Below are positions 43,013 through 52,385 of a stretch of 64,000 bases of DNA, in pieces. The stretch comes from Anaeromyxobacteraceae bacterium. Its GTDB lineage: Bacteria > Myxococcota > Myxococcia > Myxococcales > Anaeromyxobacteraceae. How positions within the stretch are numbered: the first letter of the stretch is position 1; the number at the start of each line of letters is the position of its first letter. Where the stretch lies: NCBI GenBank assembly GCA_032654565.1, contig JAULAX010000002.1, positions 64,001 to 128,000 of the forward strand, in the 5' to 3' direction. Under the pieces are notes generated by a model, which saw nothing but the letters and a program-made list of their open reading frames with translations, had not been told where the DNA came from and did no database searches. Position numbers and translations under genes: made by a program.

Positions 43013-44764
43013 ATGCCCAACCTCCTCGCCATGTCCTTCGAGGGAGCGCTCGCGCCCTCCTTCGATCTCCGGTGCCTGCAGCCGGGGCGCAACCTGCCCG
43101 ACGGCTGGGGCATCGGCTACTACCCGGGCGGCGAGCCCTCGGCCACGGTCTTGAAGGAGCCGGCCCCGCCGGTCGGCTCCATCCGCTCCGAGCTGGTCAA
43201 GGCCTGGGAGCACCTCGAGTCGTCGCTCTTCGTGGTGCACATCCGCACCGCCACCTGGGGCGCCCCCTCCGACGCCAACACCCAGCCCTTCGCCCGGGCC
43301 TGGGGGCGTCGCGACTGGCTCTTCGCCCACTCCGGCAGCCTGGGCGAGCGGCCCCAGCCACGGCCCAACCAGACCTTCGAGCCGGTCGGCTCCACCGACA
43401 CCGAGCAGGTGCTCTGCGACCTGCTGGGCCGCTTCGCCGAGCGCGGCTGGGCCTCGCTCGACGAGGCCGACGTGGAGGCGGTCCACGGCTGGTTCAGCGC
43501 CCTCAACGAGCTCGGCACCCTCACCTCGGTGCTCTCCGACGGCCGCGACCTGCTGGCCTACGCCGACCGCGACCCCGAGGCCCGGGGCATCTGGCTGTGG
43601 GAGGCCCTGCCCCCCTACGGCGAGCTGCGCCTCGCCGACCAGGACCTGGTGGTCGACCTCACCTCCCGCGGCCCCAAGGCCCGGCGCGGCGTGGTGATCT
43701 CGACGGCGCCCCTGGAGGTGACCAGCGAGTGGATCGGCCAGTGGCGGCAGGTGCCGCCGGGGTCGCTGCTGGTGGTCCGCCAGGGGGTGGTGCGGGTGGA
43801 GCGGGGCCCGCCGCTGGGCGGCCAGCAGCTGCCGCTGGCCAGCCGGCAGTGGCAGAGCCAGCGGCTCACCCGCCCGGAGCGGGCCCCGGTGCGCCGCTAC
43901 GACCTGGTGCACCGGACCACCTACCGGTACGTCAAGCCGGTGGAGCGGTCGATGCACATCCTCCGGCTCAAGCCGGTCAACGACCAGCTCCAGGCCCTGC
44001 GGGCCTTCCAGCTGAACATCTCGGTGCCGGGCGACTCGCGCGACTACGAGGACGTCTTCGGCAACCAGACCCACCGGGTGCTGGTGGAGACCCCCTTCGA
44101 CGAGCTGGTGGTGGAGGCCCGCTCCACCGTGGACGTGCTCGACTGCGAGCCGCTCTCCTACCGGCCGCTGCGGGCCCGCAACGCCCTGCCGCTGGCCTGG
44201 ATGCCCTGGCAGCGCCAGGTGCTGCAGCCCTTCCTGCTGCCCGAGGAGCTGCCGGAGAGCGAGCTGCAGGACCTGGTCGAGTACGCCAACAGCTTCGTGG
44301 AGCGGAACGGCAACGACCTGCTGGAGACGCTGCTGGACATGAACTCCACCATCCACCGGGACTACAAGTACGTGCAGGGGGCGACCACGCTGCTCACCAC
44401 CCCCTTCGAGACCTACGTCAACCGGCGCGGCGTCTGCCAGGACTTCACCAACCTCTTCATCACCATGGCCCGCCTGCTCTCGGTGCCGGCCCGCTACGTC
44501 TGCGGCTACCTCTACACCGGCGCCCGGCACGAGAACGTCGAGCAGGGCGAGGCCAGCCACGCCTGGGCCCAGGTCTACCTGCCCGAGGTGGGCTGGCGCG
44601 GCTTCGACCCCACCAACGGCGTCATCACCCAGACCAACCACGTCCGGGTGGCGGTGGGGCGCTCCTGGCGGGACGCCACCCCCACCTCCGGGACCATCTA
44701 CCTCGGCGGCGCCGGCGAGACCCTCGAGGCCCACGTGCACGTGGAGCTGGTGTCCGGCGCCTGA
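43013..44764 (+). CDS. Class II glutamine amidotransferase (Ntn)-like domain fused to a transglutaminase
   Basis: DGWGIGYY, HIRTAT, NTQPF, FAHSG, GSTDTE; C-terminal HRTTYRY, DVFGN, GVCQDF, SHAW, FDPTN. Confidence 0.9.
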   Translation: MPNLLAMSFEGALAPSFDLRCLQPGRNLPDGWGIGYYPGGEPSATVLKEPAPPVGSIRSELVKAWEHLESSLFVVHIRTATWGAPSDANTQPFARAWGRRDWLFAHSGSLGERPQPRPNQTFEPVGSTDTEQVLCDLLGRFAERGWASLDEADVEAVHGWFSALNELGTLTSVLSDGRDLLAYADRDPEARGIWLWEALPPYGELRLADQDLVVDLTSRGPKARRGVVISTAPLEVTSEWIGQWRQVPPGSLLVVRQGVVRVERGPPLGGQQLPLASRQWQSQRLTRPERAPVRRYDLVHRTTYRYVKPVERSMHILRLKPVNDQLQALRAFQLNISVPGDSRDYEDVFGNQTHRVLVETPFDELVVEARSTVDVLDCEPLSYRPLRARNALPLAWMPWQRQVLQPFLLPEELPESELQDLVEYANSFVERNGNDLLETLLDMNSTIHRDYKYVQGATTLLTTPFETYVNRRGVCQDFTNLFITMARLLSVPARYVCGYLYTGARHENVEQGEASHAWAQVYLPEVGWRGFDPTNGVITQTNHVRVAVGRSWRDATPTSGTIYLGGAGETLEAHVHVELVSGA

Positions 44765-44878
44765 CCGGGGTCGGACCGGCGCGTCCGCGGGCTCGTCCCA
44801 GGCCGCGGCTGGGAGCGACCCGGCTTGTCACGGCCAACCCGGGCCTCGCGACCGGCCCGGCACGGGTTGCGGGCGCCG

Positions 44879-45943
44879 TCAGTCGGTCACGGCCCGCTTC
44901 AGCCCGGTGGCCATGTCGTTGAGGGCCCGGGCCTCGGCGGCCACCGACTGGATGTTGGACATGGTCTCCTGGGTGGCCAGGTAGATCTCGTTCATGGCCT
45001 TGAGCACCTGCTCGATGCCGTGGTCCTGCTGCTGGGCCACCGTGGCGATCTCGCGGGCCGCCTCGGAGGAGTCGCGCAGCGCCGTGGCCAGGCGGCGGAT
45101 GGTGTCGCCGGTGCCCGAGGCCACGGTCGCGCCCTGCTCGGCCCGGCGGATGCCGACCTCGGCCGCGGTCATGGCCGCCAGCATGGCCTTGTGCACCTCG
45201 GAGAGGATCCCCTTGACCTGGGCGGCGGCCCGCTTGGCGTCCTCGGCGTGGTGGCGCATCTCGCCCACCACGTCGGCGAACCCGCCGGCCCCGGCCCCGG
45301 CCGCCTCCGCCTCCTGGGCGGCGCGGTCGGCCAGCCGCTGCGAGCGCTCGGCGATGTAGTTCACCACCGAGGCGATCTCGAAGATGTCGCGCATCCGGGC
45401 GTTGAGCGCCTCGATGCGCTGGGAGAGCTGGCGGACCTCGTCGGCCAGCTTGGCCATCTCGCCCTGGCTGGTGTCGACCGCCTTGAGCCCCTCGGTGGAG
45501 ACCCGGGCCCCGGCCTGGGCCAGGCCGATCACCGTCTCGGCGGTGAGCGCCGCCTTGGTGGCGGTCTGGGCCAGCTGGCCCATGGTGGCGGTGGTCTCGC
45601 GCACGCTGGCGGCGGTCTCGGCGGTCATGCTGGAGAAGGCGCTGACGTTGGAGAGGAGCGACTGGGCCATCGACACCAGCGTCCGGGCCGCCTGCAGGAA
45701 CCCCTCGCGCTTGCCGGTGTCGGCGCGGTGGGCCTCGTCCTGGGCGTGGCCGGCCATGTAGGCGAAGGCGCCGAGGAAGAGCGGGGTGGTGATGACGATG
45801 AGCACCAGCGGCTTCTGGATGGCCGCCGCCAACCCCTCTCCGGTGAGCCCGGCGGCGCTGGTGCCCGCCTCGACGATGACCCCGACGACGGGGAGGAAGG
45901 CGCCGAGGATCACACCGTAGAGTGAGTACTTGCGCGCGTTCAT
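44879..45943 (-). CDS. Methyl-accepting chemotaxis-like protein (2 TM, short, degenerate tip)
   Basis: Two TM helices, then an MA coiled coil (AASVRETTATMGQL, QQQDHGIEQV). Confidence 0.8.
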   Translation of the reverse strand: MNARKYSLYGVILGAFLPVVGVIVEAGTSAAGLTGEGLAAAIQKPLVLIVITTPLFLGAFAYMAGHAQDEAHRADTGKREGFLQAARTLVSMAQSLLSNVSAFSSMTAETAASVRETTATMGQLAQTATKAALTAETVIGLAQAGARVSTEGLKAVDTSQGEMAKLADEVRQLSQRIEALNARMRDIFEIASVVNYIAERSQRLADRAAQEAEAAGAGAGGFADVVGEMRHHAEDAKRAAAQVKGILSEVHKAMLAAMTAAEVGIRRAEQGATVASGTGDTIRRLATALRDSSEAAREIATVAQQQDHGIEQVLKAMNEIYLATQETMSNIQSVAAEARALNDMATGLKRAVTD

Positions 45944-46093
45944 GGAGTTCCTGGGGGTGGCGCGGGTGCTGTCGGTCGGGGAGGCGCGATTGTGGCGCAG
46001 GTCCAACTCTCCCGCCACCCCAAATGGAGCGCCGGTTTTCTGCTACACGTTGGGGAGCCCCGGACCCGCCCCGGGGCCAGCCAAAGGAAGGGC

Positions 46094-47206
46094 ATGCGAC
46101 GCCTCGCACTGCTGGCCGCCGTCTCCATCGCCACCGCCGTCCCCGCCGCCCGCGCCGCCGACCTCAACGATGGGCTGCTCTCCATCCACGGCGACGGCGC
46201 CTGGTCGTACCAGCGGAGCAGCCACGGCAACGGTTACCTGGAGGCCACCCCGATCGGCAACTACGACACCGCCTCCTTCAACCTGCTGGTGGCGGTCCGG
46301 CCCAGCCCCGGGATCACCTTCAACGCCTACCTCGAGTTCGACCCCGACCACGTCGGGCTGGAGTGGATGTTCGTGGAGTGGCGGGTGAGCGACCGGCTCC
46401 GGCTGCGGGCCGGACGGATCAAGCAGCCCATCGGCAACTCCGGCGAGCTGCAGTACGCCGGCACCACCCGCCCCTTCTACGAGCTGGCCACCAGCATCTA
46501 CGGCCCGGCCAACATCGTGGCCACCTCCTTCCTGGGCGCCGGCGCCACCGGCGCCTTCACCGCCGCCTCCGGCTGGACCCTCGCCTACGACGCCTACGCC
46601 GGCGCCCTCAAGCTCTCCGAGCTGGAGACCTACCGGGCCCTGGAGGTGCCGGCGCCGCCCCGGCTCGCCGACCCCGTGACCGTGGACCGGCAGCAGGTGC
46701 GGGAGATCCTCGGCGGCCGCCTCTCGCTCACCTCGCCCTTCGACCTGACGCTGCGGCTCTCCGGGTATGGCGGGCGGCTGCGCAAGGACGAGGTCCGGCA
46801 GGTCACCTTCCTGGTCGGCGGCCTCTCGGCCCAGTACCAGCTGGGCCGGCTCAAGCTCGACGCCGAGCTCTTCGTCAGCGACGAGGTGGGCATCGAGCGG
46901 GCCCTGGGGACCGCCCTGACCGCGGCCTGGTCCTTCGACGACCACTGGCAGCTGGCGGCGCGGCTGGAGGGGCACCAGACCTGGGTCGCCAACATCACCG
47001 GCGGCTCCCCGCTGCTGCGCCACCGCGAGGGGGCGCTGGGCCTCAACTACTGGTTCACGCCGGCGCTGGTGGTGAAGGGATCGCTCCACCGGATCAGCGG
47101 CAACCACTTCGCCTTCCCCGGGGACGCCACCGCCCAGGGGCTGGTCACCACCCCCCCGGCCGGCCAGACCACGCTGTTCATCCTCGGCGTCCAGTTCGCC
47201 TTCTAG
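46094..47206 (+). CDS. Outer-membrane porin-like protein
   Basis: Signal peptide, beta-strand pattern, LRLRAGRIKQP, C-terminal Phe (GVQFAF). Confidence 0.8.
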   Translation: MRRLALLAAVSIATAVPAARAADLNDGLLSIHGDGAWSYQRSSHGNGYLEATPIGNYDTASFNLLVAVRPSPGITFNAYLEFDPDHVGLEWMFVEWRVSDRLRLRAGRIKQPIGNSGELQYAGTTRPFYELATSIYGPANIVATSFLGAGATGAFTAASGWTLAYDAYAGALKLSELETYRALEVPAPPRLADPVTVDRQQVREILGGRLSLTSPFDLTLRLSGYGGRLRKDEVRQVTFLVGGLSAQYQLGRLKLDAELFVSDEVGIERALGTALTAAWSFDDHWQLAARLEGHQTWVANITGGSPLLRHREGALGLNYWFTPALVVKGSLHRISGNHFAFPGDATAQGLVTTPPAGQTTLFILGVQFAF

Positions 47207-47216
47207 CGCCAGCCCG

Positions 47217-47669
47217 ATGACCCGCCCGCTCCCGCGCCTCGCCGCCCTCGCCGCCCTCGCGGCCCTCGCGGCGCTCGCGACCGGACCGGCCCGGGGCGCC
47301 GAGCCGACCTTCCTGGTGGTGGCCCATCCGGCGGTGGCGGTGGCCGAGCTGCCCCGGGCCCAGCTCTCCCGCCTCTTCCTCAAGAAGGACACCCAGTGGC
47401 CGGACGGCTCGACGGTGCGACCGGTGGAGCCGCTCGACCCCGGTGTGCGCGAGGCCTTCGCCCGCCAGGTGCACCAGCGCAGCGCCGCCGCCATCACCGC
47501 CTACTGGAACGCGCTGATCTTCGCCGGTCGCGAGCTGCCGCCGCTGGAGAAGGCCAGCGACGCCGACGTGCTGGCCTACGTGCGGGCCACGCCCGGCGCC
47601 ATCGGCTACGTCTCGGCCGGGGCCGACACCGCCGGGGCCAGGATCGTCGCGGTGGGGCGGACCCCGTGA
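47217..47669 (+). CDS. Small periplasmic binding protein (phosphate-ABC SBP-like)
   Basis: Signal peptide; [24 protein letters not shown]. Confidence 0.8.
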   Translation: MTRPLPRLAALAALAALAALATGPARGAEPTFLVVAHPAVAVAELPRAQLSRLFLKKDTQWPDGSTVRPVEPLDPGVREAFARQVHQRSAAAITAYWNALIFAGRELPPLEKASDADVLAYVRATPGAIGYVSAGADTAGARIVAVGRTP

Positions 47670-49276
47670 TCCGGCGCGGGCTCAAGTTCCGCCACCGCAT
47701 GGTGCTGCCCGCGCTCTTCCTGGTGCTGGCCGCCGCCGCGGCCAGCCTGGCGTCGGCGACGGTGTCGCGCCAGGCCTCGCTGGAGCTGACCCGCGTCGAG
47801 CAGGTCCACGCCCCCACCCTGGAGGCCTCGCGCGACCTCGAGGCCATGCTGATCCGGCTGCACCAGGTCTTCGCCGAGACCGCCGCCACCGAGGACTCCA
47901 CCGGGCTGGACGCCGCCGACCGGCTCCGCGACCAGATGGTGCAGCGGCTGGCGCCCGGCCGCGGCGCCGTCGAGGCCACCCGGACCCTGGCGGTGCTCCA
48001 CCGCGAGATCGAGGACTACCACCGGGTGGCGCGCGAGGCGACCTCGCGGCTCATCAAGCGCGAGGGGCGCGAGGGGATCACCCCCCTGCTGGCTGGCATG
48101 ACCGCCAGCCACGAGCGGCTCCGTGACGACCTCTCCGAGCAGACCTCCCGCTCCCGCGAGGCCATGACGGCCGGCTTCGAGGCGGCCCGCCGGCTCCAGC
48201 TCCGGGCCACGGTGCTGGGCGCCGGCATCCTGCTGGCCGCCGCCCTGCTGGCCGCCGCCCTGGCCTGGTGGCTGGCCGCCGACCTCTCCCGGCCGCTGGA
48301 GGCGCTGGAGCGGGCGGCGCGGCGCATCGCCGAGGGCGACCTGACCGTGCCGGTGGTGGTGGGCCGGCACGACGAGGTGGGGGCGCTGGCCGCCAGCTTC
48401 GACCGCATGACCCGCCGCCTCCGCGAGATCCTCACCACCCTGCGCGACTCGGCCGCCGACCTGACCCGGTCGGCCGCCGACCTGGAGCAGCTCACCGCCG
48501 CCCAGACCCGGCTCCTGGAGCGGCAGGCCACCGGCGTCTCGCAGACCACCACCACCACCCGCGAGCTCGACCAGGCCTCCGCGGTGGCCGCCAGCCGGGC
48601 CAGCGAGGTGCTGCAGGTGGCCCACCGCGCCGCCGCCGCCAGCGCCGCCGGGCAGGACTCGGCGCAGCGCTCCATCGCCGGCATCGAGCAGATCCAGGAG
48701 GCGGTGGCGCTGATCGTCTCGCAGAGCACGCTGGCGCTCGACAAGGCCCGCGCCGTGGCCGAGGTGGTGCAGACCGTCAAGGACCTGGCCACCCGCTCCC
48801 ACGTGCTCTCGCTCAACGCCTCCATCGAGGCGATCCGGGCCGGCGAGGCGGGGCGCGGCTTCGCGGTGGTGGCGGCCGAGGTCCGGGCCCTCTCCGAGCA
48901 GTCGGCCGAGGCGGCGGCGCGCATCGGCAAGATGGTGGAGGCCAGCCTGGAGGCCATCCAGTCGACGCTGACCCTCACCGAGGCCTCCCGCCGCGGCATG
49001 GAGGGGAGCCTCGGCGAGGTGCGGGCCTCGGGGCTGCGGCTCGGCGAGATCGGCGCCATCGTCAAGGAGACCGGCGACGCCGCCCAGCAGATCGCCACCG
49101 TGGTGCAGCAGCAGTCGCTGGGGGTCGGCCAGATCGCCGGCGCCATGCGCGAACTGGACGCCGGGATGGAGGAGACCCTGGCCCGGATCCAGGTGCTGGA
49201 CCAGGCCGCCGCCCACCTGCAGGGGACGGCGGCCCGCATCTCCGAGCTGGTGGGTGGCTTCCGGCTCGACGGGTAG
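47666..49276 (+). CDS. Methyl-accepting chemotaxis protein (periplasmic sensor, HAMP, MA)
   Basis: 2 TM, HAMP (RPL..L..IAEGDL..DEVGALA), tip [27 protein letters not shown]. Confidence 0.92.
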   Translation: MIRRGLKFRHRMVLPALFLVLAAAAASLASATVSRQASLELTRVEQVHAPTLEASRDLEAMLIRLHQVFAETAATEDSTGLDAADRLRDQMVQRLAPGRGAVEATRTLAVLHREIEDYHRVAREATSRLIKREGREGITPLLAGMTASHERLRDDLSEQTSRSREAMTAGFEAARRLQLRATVLGAGILLAAALLAAALAWWLAADLSRPLEALERAARRIAEGDLTVPVVVGRHDEVGALAASFDRMTRRLREILTTLRDSAADLTRSAADLEQLTAAQTRLLERQATGVSQTTTTTRELDQASAVAASRASEVLQVAHRAAAASAAGQDSAQRSIAGIEQIQEAVALIVSQSTLALDKARAVAEVVQTVKDLATRSHVLSLNASIEAIRAGEAGRGFAVVAAEVRALSEQSAEAAARIGKMVEASLEAIQSTLTLTEASRRGMEGSLGEVRASGLRLGEIGAIVKETGDAAQQIATVVQQQSLGVGQIAGAMRELDAGMEETLARIQVLDQAAAHLQGTAARISELVGGFRLDG

Positions 49277-49342
49277 CCCTCGCCCCGCCGCGGGCGCCAC
49301 CCTTCCGCGCCGCCGCCCCCCACGATAGGTTGCCGCCCTCAC

Positions 49343-51883
49343 ATGACCGCTCCCCCCACCGCGCCGCTGGCCGCCCTGCTCCCCGCGCCCGGGGAGACGC
49401 TGGCCGCCGACGCCGTCCTCGACCGCTTCCTCGGCTGGGTGTCCGGCACCGGCCTCACCCTCTACCCGCACCAGGAGGAGGCGCTGCTCCACCTGCTCGA
49501 CGGGCGCCACGTGGTGCTGGCCACGCCGACCGGCTCGGGCAAGTCGCTGGTGGCCACCTTCCTGCACTTCAAGGCGCTCTGCGAGGGGCGGCGCAGCTTC
49601 TACACCTGCCCCATCAAGGCGCTGGTCAACGAGAAGTTCTTCGACCTGTGCCGGCTCTTCGGCCCGGAGCGGGTCGGGATGATGACTGGCGACGGCGCCG
49701 TCAACCGCGACGCCCCCATCCTCTGCTGCACCGCCGAGATCCTCATGAACGTGGCGGTGCGCGAGAAGACCCTGCGCGACGACGCCATCGTCATGGACGA
49801 GTTCCACTACTACGGCGACCGCGACCGCGGCGTGGCCTGGCAGGTGCCGCTGCTGGCCCTGGAGAAGGCCACCTTCCTGCTGATGTCGGCCACCCTGGGC
49901 GACACCACCGCCATCGAGGCCTCGCTGCAGGAGGTCACCGGGCGGAAGGTGTCGGCGGTCCGCTCCGCCGACCGGCCGGTGCCGCTGGAGTTCTCCTGGT
50001 GCGAGACCCCGCTGCACGAGACCCTGGAGGCGCTGGTCGGCGCCAACCGGGCGCCGGTCTACCTGGTCAACTTCACCCAGCGGGCCGCCGCCGAGCAGGC
50101 CCAGAACCTGATGAGCGCCACCTTCTCGTCCAAGGAGGAGAAGGAGGCGATCCGGGTGGCGCTGGACGGGTTCCGCTTCGACTCCCCCTACGGCAAGGAG
50201 CTGCAGCGCTTCCTGCGCCACGGCGTCGGCCTGCACCACGCCGGGCTGCTGCCCAAGTACCGGCTGCTCACCGAGAAGCTGGCCCAGCAGGGGCTGCTCA
50301 AGGTGGTCTCCGGCACCGACACCCTGGGCATGGGGGTGAACATCCCCATCCGCACCGTGGTCTTCACCCAGCTCTGCAAGTTCGACGGCGAGAAGACGCT
50401 GGTGCTGCCGGCCCGCGACTTCCACCAGATCTCCGGCCGGGCCGGGCGCAAGGGGTTCGACGACCGCGGCTACGTGGTGGCCCAGGCCCCCGAGCACGTG
50501 GTGGAGAACAAGCGGCTCGAGGAGAGGGCCAAGGCCGGCAAGAAGGTGGTCAAGAAGCAGCCGCCCACCAAGGGCTACGTCCACTTCGACCGGCTCACCT
50601 TCGAGCGGCTGCAGCAGAAGGAGCCGGAGCCGCTGCAGAGCCGCTTCGAGCCCTCCTTCACGCTGCTGGTCAACCTGCTGCAGAGCGAGACCTCCGAGCG
50701 CGGCGGCGGCTACGGGCGGCTGGTGCGGCTCATCGCCCGCTCCCACGGCACCGACGTCCTCAAGCACCGCCACCGGGTGGCGGCGGCGCAGCGGCTCCGC
50801 ACCCTGTTCTCGGCCGGGCTGGTGCGGCGGGAGCGGATCGACGGCTACCGGGGGGCCTGGCTGCGCCCCGCCGAGGGGCTGCAGAAGGACTTCTCGCTCT
50901 TCCACACCCTCTCGCTCTACCTGCTCGACACCCTGCCGAAGCTGCCGCGCGACTCGGAGACCTACGCCCTCGACGTCCTCTCCATGGTCGAGTCGATCCT
51001 GGAGAACCCCGACCAGGTGCTCTGGAAGCAGCTCGACCGGGCCCGCGGCGACGCCGTGGCCCGCATGAAGGCCGAGGGGATCGAGTACGACGAGCGGATG
51101 AAGGCGCTGGAGGAGGTGGAGTACCCCAAGCCCAACCGCGACTTCGTCTACGCCACCTTCAACGAGTTCGCCGACAAGCACCCCTGGGTGGGGGCCGAGA
51201 ACATCCGGCCCAAGTCGGTGGCCCGGGAGATGGCCGAGCGGTTCATGACCTTCGGCGAGTACGTGCGCGAGTACGAGCTGCCCCGCTCCGAGGGGCTGCT
51301 GCTGCGCTACCTGACCGAGACCTACAAGACCCTGGTGCAGTCGGTGCCGGCCGGCTACCGCGACGAGACCGTCGACGACCTGATCGCCTTCCTGCGCACC
51401 ACGGTGCGCGGCGTCGACTCGTCGCTGCTCGACGAGTGGGAGCGGCTGCGCGACCCGTCGTACCAGGCGGCGCCCCTGGAGGCGCTGACGCGGCCGGTGG
51501 CCCCGCCGCCCATCTGGGCCGACCCCCGGGCCTTCGCGGCGCGGCTGCGGACCGAGCTGCACCGGCTGGTGGCGGCGCTGGCCCGCACCGACTGGGTGGC
51601 GGCCGCCGAGGCGCTGGCCGACCCGGCCGACTGGCCGCCGGCGCGGCTGGAGGCGGAGCTGGCCCCGTACTTCGCCGAGCACGACCGGATCGACCAGACC
51701 CCGGCCGCCCGCAAGCCGCACCAGACCTTCATCCGGGAGCTGGCGCCGCGCCAGTGGGAGGCGGTGCAGCGGCTGGTCGACGAGACCGGCGAGGTGGACT
51801 GGATGGTCCAGTGCCAGGTGGACCTGACCGGCCCGTTCGATCCCGACCGGCCGCTGCTGACGCTGCTGCGCATCGGGACCTGA
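49343..51883 (+). CDS. Ski2-like DEAD/DEAH helicase with DUF3516-type C-terminus
   Basis: TPTGSGKS, PIKALVNEK, DEFH, SAT, HHAG, TDTLGMGVN, QISGRAGRKG. Confidence 0.92.
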   Translation: MTAPPTAPLAALLPAPGETLAADAVLDRFLGWVSGTGLTLYPHQEEALLHLLDGRHVVLATPTGSGKSLVATFLHFKALCEGRRSFYTCPIKALVNEKFFDLCRLFGPERVGMMTGDGAVNRDAPILCCTAEILMNVAVREKTLRDDAIVMDEFHYYGDRDRGVAWQVPLLALEKATFLLMSATLGDTTAIEASLQEVTGRKVSAVRSADRPVPLEFSWCETPLHETLEALVGANRAPVYLVNFTQRAAAEQAQNLMSATFSSKEEKEAIRVALDGFRFDSPYGKELQRFLRHGVGLHHAGLLPKYRLLTEKLAQQGLLKVVSGTDTLGMGVNIPIRTVVFTQLCKFDGEKTLVLPARDFHQISGRAGRKGFDDRGYVVAQAPEHVVENKRLEERAKAGKKVVKKQPPTKGYVHFDRLTFERLQQKEPEPLQSRFEPSFTLLVNLLQSETSERGGGYGRLVRLIARSHGTDVLKHRHRVAAAQRLRTLFSAGLVRRERIDGYRGAWLRPAEGLQKDFSLFHTLSLYLLDTLPKLPRDSETYALDVLSMVESILENPDQVLWKQLDRARGDAVARMKAEGIEYDERMKALEEVEYPKPNRDFVYATFNEFADKHPWVGAENIRPKSVAREMAERFMTFGEYVREYELPRSEGLLLRYLTETYKTLVQSVPAGYRDETVDDLIAFLRTTVRGVDSSLLDEWERLRDPSYQAAPLEALTRPVAPPPIWADPRAFAARLRTELHRLVAALARTDWVAAAEALADPADWPPARLEAELAPYFAEHDRIDQTPAARKPHQTFIRELAPRQWEAVQRLVDETGEVDWMVQCQVDLTGPFDPDRPLLTLLRIGT

Positions 51884-52008
51884 GGCGGCTCCACGCGGGC
51901 GCTGGCTCCCGCCGGGAGCGGCGCCGGGGCGGCGCGCCGACGGGTGTGGCGGCCGGCCGCGCTCCTCCGTTGACTTCGAGGTCGCGACGGCGGATACCTG
52001 CGCCTCCA

Positions 52009-52371
52009 ATGGAAACGGACAGCCTCACCATCGGCGCCAAGCGACGCTGGCCTCGCGGCCAGAAGTTCTCGCTCTCGGCGGCCGGCGAGATCGCCGACCA
52101 GCTCCACCGCGACACCGTCAACGGCGCCCGCAGCAGCGGCCGCTCCTCGCTCGACGCGGCCCTGGCCGCCTGGGCGGCGCCCTTCGGCGTCCAGGCCGGC
52201 GACGGCCTGCTGCTCAGCGAGCTGCGCGGGCAGCGGCGCGGCCTCAACGACCTGGTCCGGGCCCTGGAGAGCAGCGGCATCGAGCCGGCGGCGGTCAAGT
52301 CGGCCATGGACCGGCTGGTGCAGGCCGGGCTGGCCGAGCCGGCCCCGGCGTCGCCGGCCAGCGCCCCCTGA
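52009..52371 (+). CDS. Hypothetical protein, possible winged-helix
   Basis: 120-aa ORF METDSL...; TTGACT upstream; C-terminal helix pattern VKSAMDRLVQAGLAE. Confidence 0.6.
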   Translation: METDSLTIGAKRRWPRGQKFSLSAAGEIADQLHRDTVNGARSSGRSSLDAALAAWAAPFGVQAGDGLLLSELRGQRRGLNDLVRALESSGIEPAAVKSAMDRLVQAGLAEPAPASPASAP

Positions 52372-52385
52372 CGGAGACCCGGGGC

